62,783 bases of DNA, filler included, from Globobulimina sp. (GCA_003354225.1; 44 parts of 44 records of this genome joined end to end with filler, not necessarily neighbours in it), one strand, 5' to 3'. Shown: positions 37,659-49,931, counted from the first letter of the whole stretch. Notes: a model not told the origin generated them from the letters alone. Translations and numbers: made by a program.

Positions 37659-38500
37659 TCAAACCAAACCACCTTTCCTTAAATTTGAATTAATTACAAT
37701 ATTCTGAACGTCCCAAAACACTTTGGATATATTTTCTTGATCGGTCGCTGTTGTGATATGAATAAATATCCTCTTAAATGGTACATGATTTCTTCTCTCA
37801 TATTGCGATTGTATGAAATATGCAGACGCCAAATGCGCAGTATCTAAACTTTGTAAATCCGCCACCGGATCATCTACACACATATTAACATAAAAAAAAC
37901 ATTGCGATTTTGCGTGATGCGCAATTATAAATATACATAAATATACAAACCATTTGGTACGTAAACAGACCCCGTATATTCTTCATAATATTGCTGTTTC
38001 TCTGGTTTATATTTATGTTTATTGAAAAACACCGACAATGGTATTTGCTGCGCGACTCTCTGCCGAAACAAGTCATTCTTATTTAAAAACAAAATCATCT
38101 CAGTCTTCTTAAACCATTTACTGTTACAAATCTCTTCAAATAACTGCAACGATTCCAACATTGCATTCTTGCATTCATCCTCAAACAACACCGCACAAAA
38201 ATGGTTCAAGGCAGCTACAAAAATCACGCAAGTCACGCCCTCAAATAATTGGATCCATTTCTTTCGTTCATTGCGCTGTCCGCCAACATCAAAGATATGG
38301 AAACGAACATCGTTGATCATATAATTGGCCTCAATCAGCCCAGTTGTCCTTATTCTGCATTTTAAGTGGTCCTCTTGATTTGGCTCGTATTTGGGATGGA
38401 AGATTTGCTGCGATTTATTGAGGAAGAAATCCATATTCTCGATGATGGAGAAATACTGTCGCTTACCGTACGTAGCTTGGATTTGCGGCAATTGCCATAA
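37659..38500 (-). CDS. Heterotrimeric G-protein alpha subunit, 5' truncated; intron 37950..37874
   Basis: RIRTTG, DVGGQRNERKKW, FLNKND, TTATD..VF, C-terminal LRKGGLV; 77-nt phase-1 intron. Confidence 0.95.
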
Positions 38501-38600
38501 NNNNNNNNNNNNNNNNNNNNNNNNNNNNNNNNNNNNNNNNNNNNTTAATTAATTAANNNNNNNNNNNNNNNNNNNNNNNNNNNNNNNNNNNNNNNNNNNN

Positions 38601-39870
38601 GAACATAAATCTTATTGGAAGGTGGATGAAAAAGAAGTAAAGGGATGGGACTTAAAAAGTAATGATCCAAACTCAAAGTCTCCCTCATTGCAAATCGCAT
38701 GCAAACCTAACCAGAATGAGCCGTACGTATTGAATAAGATCCTATCAAAGTCATCGGTAATCCGCCCGCCATATTGCGCCTCACAGATCATATATTGCAC
38801 AGTGGACCAACTTATATCCTGTGCGGCGAACATATGCTTCTCCAAAAACATCAGCGAAGCGTCCAAATCGGAGCCATTAAACTCGTACGGAATGTTCCAG
38901 CCTAAAGGACCAAACTTGCGTCTTTCCTGCACCACAGAATGCAGGAAACATAAACAAAACACCAGATCGCGCCATGCCTGTTTGTCTACGCGCTGCAACC
39001 GGTCCTTATTCACAGTGCTCGTATACGAGCGTAACAGCCCTGCTTTCATCCCTTGCGGTGCCTCTTGCGTCACTTTGACAGACATTTGCAACAAAGCAAT
39101 GGGAAACGATGGATGGGCCTCGCAGGTTATCCATAATCTGTACGTATCGTTTTGATTTTGCGAATTTTCTTTTTGTTCGGAATTCTCCTGCTTCCATTTT
39201 TTGATATTGTCCGGTAGGGCACTCATATAATTCAGACCTAAATGGCAGTTTTGTAGCAATGCCCAATCTCCCTTCATCATACCGTCACGAATAGCTTTGG
39301 TGGCATGAACTTCCTGGCCTTCTCCCATGGATACGATATTGATGGAGACGCCTTTTTGCCGCGATAAGTCCTTTAAAGTCTGCGTTGGATCGGCGCCCGG
39401 CGTTAACATTAAAATAATCGGTGTTTCCATGTTGGAGGAAGCATATACTTCGTCCATGGTTACTGTTAAAGGCTGGACATATTTGTCGCCCATCACTGAG
39501 GATATAAACTCTTTGCTGACTAAGGTCATTCGGTCGTCTCTGATGGCGCGAATTAGTAACATTTTATGAAAGGCAGTAAAGCCCTGTCGTTCGGATAAGA
39601 TTGGAATCTGTAATGATTCTGGGGACTCATCCTCGTAATACACTTTCCATAACTTCTCATTTGCTATGAACAATGCTGGCAAATCTCTGAAAAAATCAAT
39701 ATTCTGCGATAAAGCGATAATATTGGTCCACATCGACGGATTTATCCAATCCAAAGTGCTGGGTTTCTTAATCTTGATTTTATCCAAAGACAATGAAGAG
39801 CCACATTTCAAAAACGTTTGTATTTGTTGGTTATCTATGGATTTCTTCGGAACGGTCCAAATTTGAAAAA
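38601..39870 (-). CDS. Axonemal outer-arm dynein heavy chain (DNAH5/8-type), AAA6 region fragment
   Basis: PGADP, SMGEGQEVHA, WALLQNCHLGL, RLWIT, RRKFGPLGWNIPYEFN, YGGRITDDFD. Confidence 0.93.
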
Positions 39871-40142
39871 GAAGTTGAAATTCAGCGTGAAGAATACATA
39901 GAGACACAAAAAAATATTTTAAAGATCGGNNNNNNNNNNNNNNNNNNNNNNNNNNNNNNNNNNNNNNNNNNNNTTAATTAATTAANNNNNNNNNNNNNNN
40001 NNNNNNNNNNNNNNNNNNNNNNNNNNNNNCAATATTAGAAGGAACGTGTTAGAGAAGCAAACAGCTGGCACACAGCTGTAGTATATATTTTTTTTCATAC
40101 CTTTTTTATGTAGAATGTGTTGTATGTGTTGTATGTTTAGTT

Positions 40143-40196
40143 AGTGTTTTAAATTACACATAGAATAGTGTTTTAAATTACACATAGAATAGTGTT
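40143..40196. repeat. 24-bp tandem duplication in the 3' non-coding region
   Basis: AGTGTTTTAAATTACACATAGAAT twice, plus a partial third copy. Confidence 0.75.
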
Positions 40197-40304
40197 TCTG
40201 TTATTTTCTATATTACATCGCGGCGAAAGTGAGATTTACTCCAAATCATTTGCACGAAGAATGACGCAATTAATTAAACGAAAGAAAAGCAAACAAGTAT
40301 GGTG

Positions 40305-41358
40305 TCACGCATGTGTTAATAACGGATGTTCCGTTTCTCGTGATTTCGTAATCAACATTGATAACTGATAGACTTGAAATGCAGCCCATATCCCAGTAAA
40401 AAATAACATCGTTTGTGTTTTAAACAAAGTCGCACCAAAAACAATGGCAAGTACTGCAATAAAACCTGTAATCCAACAATAAATGGTCGCGGTTTTGCTT
40501 GTATTATATTTGCCCAATAAATAATTGATAAATATACGCGATCCATCCAATGGATATGCCGGAATAAACAAATTAATTATAAATAACCAAAAATTTAACA
40601 TGAACGATATCATTAAAAAATCGTACCAAAACCATAAACCTTCGCCATTGGGCAATGAAATAATGGTTTCCTGCCAAAATGACCATTGTTGAAATGGATT
40701 GCTTCCATAAGGACAGGTCGAGAAATATGAGCCATTCTCATTGCAATACCATAATAACAACATTGCATACACAAACATGTGAGGTATGTGCGTTAGCGGT
40801 CCACCTAAAGCAATAATTATATGATTCCTCCGTTTTCTGGCATCACCAAAGGCATTGTTCAACTGTGCTGGAGGTCTGTTATATATATAATATATATAAC
40901 AAAATGTGAGCCAATGCTTATATAAATAAAATAAAACAAACTGTGTGAAAGCAAGACCCCCCAATGGCCACAATAAGACTTTGTCCGTATGTCCGCCAAC
41001 GAGATAACCAGCAAAACAATGACCAAGTTCATGGATCAATATGGTTTCCCATAAGGAAATATTGAATAATACTATTAATAAAATATACCATCCAGTATTT
41101 GCAGTGTCTTTTAGAATCAATTGCATCCAAATAAGAAAGGTTGCGATGAAAAAAATTGGCAATAACACATGGATATGGATCTCTATACCGAACAATGTAC
41201 ATATTTTCCACGATTTATTCATGCAATTTGTCACTGTGTTGGGTGTACCTGGAATATTGCCGATGTTATTTGCATTGTAATTTGGTCTCCGGTTGTTATG
41301 GTTATTGTTGTTATTGTCGGTGTTGTTGTTGTTATCGTTGCTGTCTTCTGTGTCATCA
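40305..41358 (-). CDS. M50-family (site-2 protease-like) intramembrane metalloprotease; intron 40941..40876
   Basis: HELGH, LWPLGGLA, IALGGP, NLFIPAYPLDG. A 66-nt stop-free intron is read through in the ORF track. Confidence 0.9.
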
Positions 41359-41881
41359 NNNNNNNNNNNNNNNNNNNNNNNNNNNNNNNNNNNNNNNNNN
41401 NNTTAATTAATTAANNNNNNNNNNNNNNNNNNNNNNNNNNNNNNNNNNNNNNNNNNNNTTCCTTATTTTCATCAAAATTATTATTACGGATTATAACAAT
41501 TATTAATTAACTTCTTTCTGTATTTCTCTGTCTGTAAATGATTGAACACAATGATAGAAACAATAATTAGTGACTGTTGTGAATTTGTGCTGTTGATCTC
41601 TTTTTTATTATTTATCTGATTTATAATCACTATCATCCAAATACTTAACAATTAAAAAACATAACTGAAACATTAATTGCATTGCATGTTGAGCCAGTTC
41701 CTCTTGCTGTTCTTTAGGGAATCCTGTATAAAATAATTCCGCTTTATTATCTCTATATTTATATCACATAATTTTATAATTTCTGACCTGGAAGGTACGC
41801 TCCTCCAACTGACATGATTTGCTCTTACAAAAACACTCAAAAAACATTAACAATAAGGGATTATACTTACCCTCAAAAAAT

Positions 41882-42787
41882 ATGCTACTTATAATGTCAA
41901 TTGCACGCTGTATCTATGGAATATTTGTAATTTTATTAATGTTATTTGGAATATTCCTCCTGACACTCCATATCCCCTTACATTTATTACATATCTCATT
42001 TACATTGCCTTTCACGCTTAAATATATCAAACCATTGTACTCATATTATGGATTGACATTCGTAGCTTTTGTATTAGAATATTTGTGTGGCATTAAATTC
42101 CATATTTATATCTCACCGCAAACCTACTATTTTCTAAATGAATTCAAAACATCACACAATCCAGGTATGCCTCCTTGCACTTAACCAAACACAATATCCC
42201 ACTTTGAAACCTCCAAAAGGTGCAATATTATTATGCTCCAACCACCGAACACGATTGGATTGGATGATGATATGGGCAGTTTTAGTGCGCTTTGATATCG
42301 TTCAACATTTAATAATAATCGCACGCAAATTACTACGTTTCGTCCCTGTGCTCGGTTGGGTCTTTGCTTGGATTGGAATATTCTTACAACGCAATTGGTT
42401 GATTGACAAACCTATATTTTTAAGCATGTTCAGGGTCTTAGGCTCAACTATAATGCAGCCACGATCCCTGTTTTTATTTTTTGCCGAAGGCACGGATCTA
42501 TGGCAGAAATCCGTGGCACACTCTCATAAATATGCACAGAAACATAATTTGCCGCAATATGAATATGTTTTGCATCCACGGACTCGGGGCTTTGTTGCAG
42601 CTGTTCATGGATTGAATGATAATTTATTTTGTATATGTGATGCAACCATTGGTTATGTTGACTTTGTTGCAGGCGAACGATGCAATGAATTGTTGTTAGC
42701 GCAGGGCAGATTTTGTAAAGATGTCTACTTTTATTTGGAAACATTTACTGTCGATGATATTATACGGCAATATAAGGAATTGTATAA
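41882..42787 (+). CDS. Lysophospholipid acyltransferase (LCLAT1/AGPAT-like), 3' truncated; intron 42165..42219
   Basis: NHRTRLDW, IFLQRNW..D, FAEGTD, VLHPRTRGF, DATIGY; a 55-nt intron joins the two ORFs. Confidence 0.9.
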
Positions 42788-43003
42788 NNNNNNNNNNNNN
42801 NNNNNNNNNNNNNNNNNNNNNNNNNNNNNNNTTAATTAATTAANNNNNNNNNNNNNNNNNNNNNNNNNNNNNNNNNNNNNNNNNNNNATGCAATGCGTTG
42901 TATGGAGAAGGGCGGTTCTATGGTATAATTAATATATTTTTCTTTTTGTTTCCAAAAACACGTCTAACGCATTAATTAATTATAGATTGTATTCAAGTTA
43001 AAA

Positions 43004-43804
43004 ATGGATAACGATAAAAATAATCATAATAATAATAATAATAACAATATCGCAATTGAATGGAATTTACACCATTTAGATATAAACCATGAATACATTG
43101 AATCAGACGAACATAAATCAGATAACCAAATAAATATATGCGATATTGATAAAATAAATAAATTAGATATTGATACTGCATCGCATATATCTTCAATGTT
43201 AAATATTTCAGGTTTGCAAGAAAATGGATTGCAATCTGTCGCATTAAGACTAATAATGAAGAATTGCGATAATTATTTTTTAATATTTGATGATTATCAA
43301 AGATGTTTTATATGGCATCGTGGCTTAAAAACCATCAAAAATATGATATCAATAAATCATCCAATCACAACCATTGCATTCTGTGTGTCCTCAGTTGATC
43401 GTATAAATAATGATGAAATGCATCAAAAAATGAAAATTAATAATGATGATCTTTCGACTGCAATTAAATGGATTAAACAAATCAAAAGCAAACTATGTCA
43501 AATTCAAAAGCATATTCTGCACTGTCATCAATTTGCTCAATCTTTCTGCATTTTGGACTCTACAGAACATTTATCGTTATTACTACAAACAAAAAGTTTA
43601 AATGAAATGTATTTTGATGCAAATAAATTAGCATCAATTCCATATCACCAATTAAGTAAAAATGAAATTACATTATTAAGAGAACTATGGTTGTCAATAT
43701 TGGCTGATTTAACTGTCGCCATTTTAAAGAAACATCAATTAAAAAATGATATAAATACTTCAAAGAAGTATATTATTTCAAACCATTTGCAAATATCATT
43801 GTAA
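43004..43804 (+). CDS. Hypothetical protein exon, possibly PH-like
   Basis: 266-aa ORF; LRLIM..YFLIF..FIWHRGLK resembles a PH-domain C-terminal helix. Confidence 0.4.
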   Translation: MDNDKNNHNNNNNNNIAIEWNLHHLDINHEYIESDEHKSDNQINICDIDKINKLDIDTASHISSMLNISGLQENGLQSVALRLIMKNCDNYFLIFDDYQRCFIWHRGLKTIKNMISINHPITTIAFCVSSVDRINNDEMHQKMKINNDDLSTAIKWIKQIKSKLCQIQKHILHCHQFAQSFCILDSTEHLSLLLQTKSLNEMYFDANKLASIPYHQLSKNEITLLRELWLSILADLTVAILKKHQLKNDINTSKKYIISNHLQISL

Positions 43805-44568
43805 TTGCATTTAACTAAAATAACAATATTCTGTATTCTTTGCTCTTTCTTTAATTTTATGTCTCGTTTTGTGTGAAACGTGTCTGTATGTTTATGTGTG
43901 TGTGTTTATTACAACATATGTATACATATATTTGTTTTTTATTTTATTTTCTTTGGGATTATAGTTTTGTATTCTTGCATACTACGTATATACTGGATGG
44001 AGTTATATGATAAATATTCAAAACTATATCACAAAATAAAAAAACAAATATTTTTTTGTTTGAAGAGCATCTGTTTTTGCGTTGCACCATGTGATGTTTT
44101 ACCATATTTCATCGCATTGATGTATTTTATGTACAATTGTAAAGTTTTCGTATTGTCTGACCTGCCCTTTGTACCGAGCTCAGGTATTGTTGCTTATGTG
44201 TATCTATACAATGAATNNNNNNNNNNNNNNNNNNNNNNNNNNNNNNNNNNNNNNNNNNNNTTAATTAATTAANNNNNNNNNNNNNNNNNNNNNNNNNNNN
44301 NNNNNNNNNNNNNNNNCGTACCCATCTTTATAGTTCAATGGCTGACAGCTGACAGTTAATCTTTTGAAGACTAAAAATCAATCCTTTCCCGCCAAAAGCA
44401 ATCAATCAACAACCAGAGTTCTATTAACAAAAGTCTAAAAAACTAGCTAGATTGATTAATTACAACAGTTGTATTGCTATTTGTTTCACTGTGTAGGTAA
44501 CACTGAGAGAGAAGTATATTGACTGGCGAACAACGTATTATACTACCACAAAATATCCCACTTCAAAT

Positions 44569-44901
44569 TGGGCTGCTAGAAAGAATCCAAGTCGTTTTTC
44601 TAGTAAATTATTATCTAGAACGATGGTGATTTTTTTGGCTGCAATTATTTATTATCATTTTTTGGGTAAGTTGTGCATGATTTATGATGGCACTAATTTC
44701 ATGTCTCTTTTTGAAATATACTAATTTGTGCTACAAATATTTTTTACTCTTTGAACATAGCAATGAAATATTTGGCTGCCAGATAGAATCCAAGTCGTTT
44801 TTCTAGTAAATTATTATCTAGAGCGATGGAGATTTTTTTGGCAGCAATTTCTTGTTAACATTTTCTTGGGTAAGTTGTGCATGATTTATGATGGCACTAA
44901 T
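44569..44901. repeat. Diverged ~130-bp direct repeat in two copies
   Basis: AGAATCCAAGTCGTTTTTCTAGTAAATTATTATCTAGA and TTGGGTAAGTTGTGCATGATTTATGATGGCACTAAT each occur twice, about 200 bp apart. Confidence 0.85.
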
Positions 44902-45745
44902 CAGTAACACTAATCTGCGCGTGTATTTGCCCCACAGATACATACAAGTGTAAAAAACCGTTTTCCAATCGTGTGCTCCAATTTTCCTCTTTTGTTTCCT
45001 AAATACTGTTATGCGCAACAATACTAATCTGCGCAGCATAAAAGTGCAGCACTTTCGTACCCTATGCCATCAAATTTATCTCCTTTGATATATCGGCATG
45101 AAACTGCAGACTTTGGATTATTATTTTTTCATCTTCATTTGGTGCCAGTGTACAAAACATAGTGAGCCAATTATCGATTTTTGTTTTTTGTTTCCACACA
45201 CAAAAGATAGGTTGCTGTTTTGATTAAACAGACTTTCCAGCCTATGTTTTGTGTGGGACTATGCTCTAGTACACAATCGCGCTTTTGGCAGGGTGCCAGC
45301 ACACAAAAGACGATAGCAAAAGTTGTTTTTATCTGCTTGCACTAAATGAAGTTTATTTTGAAATCGATCGAATTAAACAGGAACATCGAATGGATGAGGA
45401 AAGCTTATTGGATCGAAATCGACATTTGGAGGAACACATGAATGAAGCGTTGAGATTACAAGAACAGGCTTATCAAGCGGCTGATCGACAGGAAGCTGAA
45501 GTGATCGAAGCCTTTCAACAAATGGAAGAATTGAAAGCCACACATCAAGAAGAAATGGCTAGTTTACATGCTTATTACATGGAAACGCCTGAACGGTCAC
45601 CTTACCAGCCTACGACTAGGCCTACTGTAGTAGAACCTTCAGCGCNNNNNNNNNNNNNNNNNNNNNNNNNNNNNNNNNNNNNNNNNNNNTTAATTAATTA
45701 ANNNNNNNNNNNNNNNNNNNNNNNNNNNNNNNNNNNNNNNNNNNN

Positions 45746-46070
45746 TGAGATCTCGTCTACATTTGTAGCAGTCTTCGATCCTTTGAGCATAAACATAGAG
45801 CAGAGTGAAAACGGCCACAATTCTACCCCAATTAACTTTGCCATCTTCGAAACATTCTACCAAAGCTTGATCCACCTTGTCCCCAGTGAGATTTTCTACA
45901 GCCGAATGATAGAACTCCTCGTGCTCTTGCAGCATCAGCTTAATTTCCTCAAGCATTTTATCCAATACGGGGTTAGAAATGGAGCAGTTTAATTGAACAC
46001 CTGCGTCAATTACTTGTACTACCAACACTTCGAGAGCCAAATCGACATCTTTTATTATATTATCAGCCAT
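45746..46070 (-). CDS. Bcl-2 family protein (probably viral), 3' truncated
   Basis: BH1 motif ECFEDGKVNWGRIVAVF; helical N-terminus; intronless. Confidence 0.8.
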
Positions 46071-46131
46071 ATTTTAACAACAATCACCACAAAACCGTAC
46101 CTAAATGGTATATATATATAATCACTGCATC

Positions 46132-46665
46132 CTAAGATTCATCTCCATCTCTGATGATGCCTCTGACTTTCTCCAAAGCTGCACCCATAAGATTACGGCC
46201 TACCCATGCCTTTGGGTTCAAGGCCTTGGTATCGGTCAACCGTAAACCTATTGACCACACCTTGTCTGCTGCTCCGCATTCGGCCAGTCGGTTGTCACCA
46301 GTAGCCAAAAGACGTTCCTTGGCTTCTCGGTTTTGATTGAATTTGGCCCGACAACCTGTCTCCATAACCCTCGATCTGACCATACTCCAACGAGCTTCAT
46401 CATATCCCTTGACACTGCGACCAAACTTCTTCTGTAGTGATGGCGACTTGGTTCTCATAATCTTGTTGGCAGATTTGTGGTCTCCAAAAAATAACGCTTT
46501 CTTGTGTTGAAAGTACTGCTCGGTGCAGTTGAATTTCGTTTTACCAATTTTGAATGGTGATATATAGAAATTGCTGAATATTGGACGTCGACCATAAAAC
46601 AATTCCACAGTTTGAGCAACATTTTCGGGATTTACACCAACAATGACCCCAGGTTCTTGAGCCAT
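46132..46665 (-). CDS. NADAR (YbiA-like) family protein
   Basis: FSNFY, EQYFQHKKA..F.D, KKFGRSV, AKFNQN, LLATG..LAE..DKVWSIG, GRNLMG..L.KVR. Confidence 0.92.
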   Translation of the reverse strand: MAQEPGVIVGVNPENVAQTVELFYGRRPIFSNFYISPFKIGKTKFNCTEQYFQHKKALFFGDHKSANKIMRTKSPSLQKKFGRSVKGYDEARWSMVRSRVMETGCRAKFNQNREAKERLLATGDNRLAECGAADKVWSIGLRLTDTKALNPKAWVGRNLMGAALEKVRGIIRDGDES

Positions 46666-46931
46666 TATTGAACACTAAACACTTACACACCAAGTATATA
46701 TATACCTATAGGCATCAAGATTCATCATTGCCTTCATCTAGAGCATCGCATTTAGTATACTTTTTGTTTGTGAGGCATAAATAATGTGCAATGCCTGCAT
46801 ATAGACTGCCTTGAACTTGCTATAGTTATGTATGCACCGACCTTATTCGGACATCAAGAATTTACAATGCCTGCATCTCTAGAGTGCACATATTTATATT
46901 GGATCCTAGGACTCACTGAATCAATGTCAAC

Positions 46932-47063
46932 ATGTTGGATTTATTACCATATGGTGTTTTGACTACCCTGTGTTCCTATATTGATTTGGAATCTGCAAAA
47001 TCTTTGCGTTTGGTGTCCAAGAACCTGAAATGGATGGTGTATGATTTGGTGATTAGGGAGTAA
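46932..47063 (+). CDS. 43-aa F-box-only protein, or first exon of an F-box gene
   Basis: MLDLLPYGVLTTLCSYIDLESAKSLRLVSKNLK matches the F-box consensus. It is below the ORF-track cutoff. GTAAGT at 47060 could be a splice donor. Confidence 0.65.
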   Translation: MLDLLPYGVLTTLCSYIDLESAKSLRLVSKNLKWMVYDLVIRE

Positions 47064-47174
47064 GTAACTTGACTNNNNNNNNNNNNNNNNNNNNNNNNNN
47101 NNNNNNNNNNNNNNNNNNTTAATTAATTAANNNNNNNNNNNNNNNNNNNNNNNNNNNNNNNNNNNNNNNNNNNN

Positions 47175-48291
47175 TATGGCTTTATTAATATATTTTGTAT
47201 CACAATTTGTTGTGTTATTATTGCTTTGGGGTTTTTTATATATTTCAATTAAACAAAGTTTTGATTTGTATACCATTTTAGATGTAATTAAAGCAGTGAT
47301 ACCATCGACAATAGCCCAAGAAATTAAACAGAACGAAAATGCTGAAATTCAAATCGAAGAATTACAGACATCCAAGAAGAAGAAAGGACATCCTATGAAT
47401 ATGATTCCTGTACCACAGCAATCGCCACATCCTGTAACAGAGGATGAGGATTATGATGAGGCCCCGGATGCAGATGACCCAGATAGAGAGCCTATAATTG
47501 AGCATAATAAACAATTGACGGAAGAACAGATTACGCATTTGATCGCAGCACAGGATCCAGATGATTATGATCCATATGATCCAAACAACTATCAAAAAGT
47601 AAGTGCGATTGTAGATGAAAACGAAGAATCGAAAGAAGCTCAAGTTGTTGAAATGGAAGAGTATGAAGAAAAAGCAGCGGCAGAGCCAATACCCAAACCA
47701 ATAATGGCTGAATCCGTATATTCGACACAAACTAGAATTAAAGACGACGATGCAAAGATGGATATTGCACCACTTATTTCCACCAAAGGAGCTGAATCTG
47801 AGTCGGCAACACCAACACCAATCGGTGAAGAAAGCGATTCAGAAACAGAGGGTAAATCCATTGACGACGAAAAAGCGCCACCTCCACCAATACCACCGGT
47901 GCCAAGACAATCTGAATCGAATATGAATATTGAGAATCCAACGGAAACACCGGAAGCTGCACCTGATACCGATCCGGATCCGGAGACAAAGGATAGTGAT
48001 GATAACGAAAATGATAATGATAATGAGACTGAGACTGAGACTGAAAATAAGAGTGAAAATGCTAATAATGCTGAAATACCACAACATCATGAGATGGAGA
48101 CAATGGTTGTAAATAAGGATTATGTGAATAATGAGGAAGTGGAGGTGGAGGTGAAAGAGAAAGAGGAAGAGGAAGCGGAGAGCAGTGATGAGGAAGAGGA
48201 AGGTACAGAGGTTCGACATGATAGTTTTGATGCGGAATCTGATGAGGAAGAGGATGACGAATCAAATCCAAATATTATTGTAAAATTTTAA
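47175..48291 (+). CDS. Membrane protein C-terminus with a long acidic disordered tail
   Basis: Hydrophobic helix followed by about 320 aa of D/E/P-rich sequence. Confidence 0.65.
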
Positions 48292-48603
48292 AGATCTATT
48301 ATGCTTTGTTTTGTTGTGGATATAAAACAATAATCATGCGATTTACTGGATCGTTCGGTTTTTGCTTTATAATTTTCTCGTTTTTGTTGTAGTTTCTGTA
48401 TACTTAACTTAGTTGGTTTCTTGATGTAAATACACAGTTGTGAAGTTTTGGAAATGTTCAGAACTTCGTTTTTTTTTTATTGTAGCGAAATGTCAAACAT
48501 AGANNNNNNNNNNNNNNNNNNNNNNNNNNNNNNNNNNNNNNNNNNNNTTAATTAATTAANNNNNNNNNNNNNNNNNNNNNNNNNNNNNNNNNNNNNNNNN
48601 NNN

Positions 48604-48833
48604 TCCAATATGGCAGCAATGACGCAATACAATCGATTGATTTTAGTAAGAGTGGATATTATATGTTTGTTGCAAGTGATACTTCTCCTTTTTGTGTGGC
48701 ATGGAATACAATGTTGGCTGAAATTGAACATAATTTGCTGCATCGCGCAAAGATATCGTGTATGGAGCTAATACCAAATGGATATGGAATTGCCACAGGG
48801 AGCCATGACAAAATCATTCGAATATGGACATAA
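48604..48833 (+). CDS. G-protein beta-subunit-like WD40 C-terminus (divergent)
   Basis: IQSIDFSKSGYYMF..CVAWN..H..KISC..NGYGIATGSHDKIIRIWT-stop aligns with the G-beta C-terminus. Not in the ORF track. Confidence 0.75.
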
Positions 48834-49148
48834 CATCTTACTGTGACGTTAATTGAAGCGGTGTGTAAAACGTTACATTGACACTCACGAAAAGTATAAC
48901 GTTCGATTTGAGTGTTTTTTTGGTGCAATTTTATGGTTTGACCATTCATCTATTTTACTGATTCAATATTAATATTGCAAATTAATTTAATTGTGAAGAA
49001 ATTAAAAAAAAAACAAAATCTAATAAAAATATACTTTTGGTTCTACAAATTGCGCTCAATTGATTCTCATGAAAAGTTTCCTACCGATTCATAAACCAGG
49101 CGATGGGGAACAATTTACCACCAAGTTTTTGACTCGGAGCCTCTTCAA

Positions 49149-49207
49149 GTTTTCAACCACAGACAGCCACCATCTCTGGTTTGGTCCACAGCGTCATCAA
49201 ACAAACC
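49149..49207 (-). promoter_or_regulatory. Candidate eukaryotic SECIS element (form II)
   Basis: ATGA (49197-49194), 11 nt, AAA, mini-stem CCA/TGG, then TGAA (49155-49152). Helix GCTGTGGAC/GTCTGTGGT is rich in G-U pairs. It lies ~100 nt after the stop. Confidence 0.7.
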
Positions 49208-49295
49208 ATATGCTGCGCCAGTTGCTTTCACCAAAAATGTATATTTCTTCTGTCATTATTTGATTTATGTCCCTTCACAGTTCGGTCAGTTAACC

Positions 49296-49931
49296 CTAAA
49301 GTTCTTCCTTTGCGCCATCCTGAACAAACTGCTGAAGTATTTTCCTCCGTTTATTCATCCAAGCCTTGAGCGGAGGAGCCATAACTTTGTCTTTCATGCC
49401 CTCCAACCTTGCAAATTGTCGCTGTTGCTCTTCCAATCCCTTTCCCTTCATTTTTTCAATATATTTTGTTTGCCGCTCATCGCATCCATTCCCATCCAAT
49501 GCGCACAACGATGTGTTGCCGGCCTCTTCGATGTACGCAGTCATATACTCATCGTCACCCAACTCATCACACATGCTTTTATCTGTTTTTTTGACATAGG
49601 CGGCGCCCTTTGGACCGGTCTCCGCGTTGAAATAACGAATGGTGGGCCATCCTTGCACAGACAAACAGACACGTAATGGGTTTAAAAAAATGCACAATAT
49701 ATAGATATACCTCCTGCGCCAGGGTCGTAATCACGAATAGGTTGTTCTGATAGATTGACATCACCAAAACTTACATCTTTGTTCCCCACAAACGTCCGCG
49801 TGGCTAGGTTCCAAGCAGGCGCTTGTTTTTTTCATCACCCTCAGCCAGCAGAGGCTATCCATCGGACAAACAATGTACGATCCGCTTCAATTTCATCCAA
49901 TACAAATTGGTTAAAATTATCCTCGGTTAAT
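49296..49931 (-). CDS. Thioredoxin-fold ER selenoprotein with GUGUU (PDI_e type), 5' truncated; intron 49710..49652
   Basis: LTEDNF..FVRWIASAG-TGA-G-TGA-TGA-KKQAPAWN..FGDVNL..PGAG|GWPTIRYFN..KEEL-stop, with a downstream SECIS candidate. Confidence 0.88.

Noticed and set aside
40876-40941. Extra hydrophobic segment FVLFYLYKHWLTFCYIYYIYN in the M50 protease
   Set aside because: It is a 66-nt stop-free GT-AG intron read through by the ORF caller.
1-48833. Globin-RGS, G-alpha and G-beta as a linked signalling cluster
   Set aside because: They are on separate length-sorted contigs, so co-occurrence carries no linkage information.
49832-49843. Pseudogene or UGA=Trp genetic code as the explanation for the three UGAs
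   Set aside because: Trp is encoded by TGG in the same gene and TGA terminates other genes here (G-alpha, M50). The UGAs sit only at the redox motif and a SECIS candidate follows.
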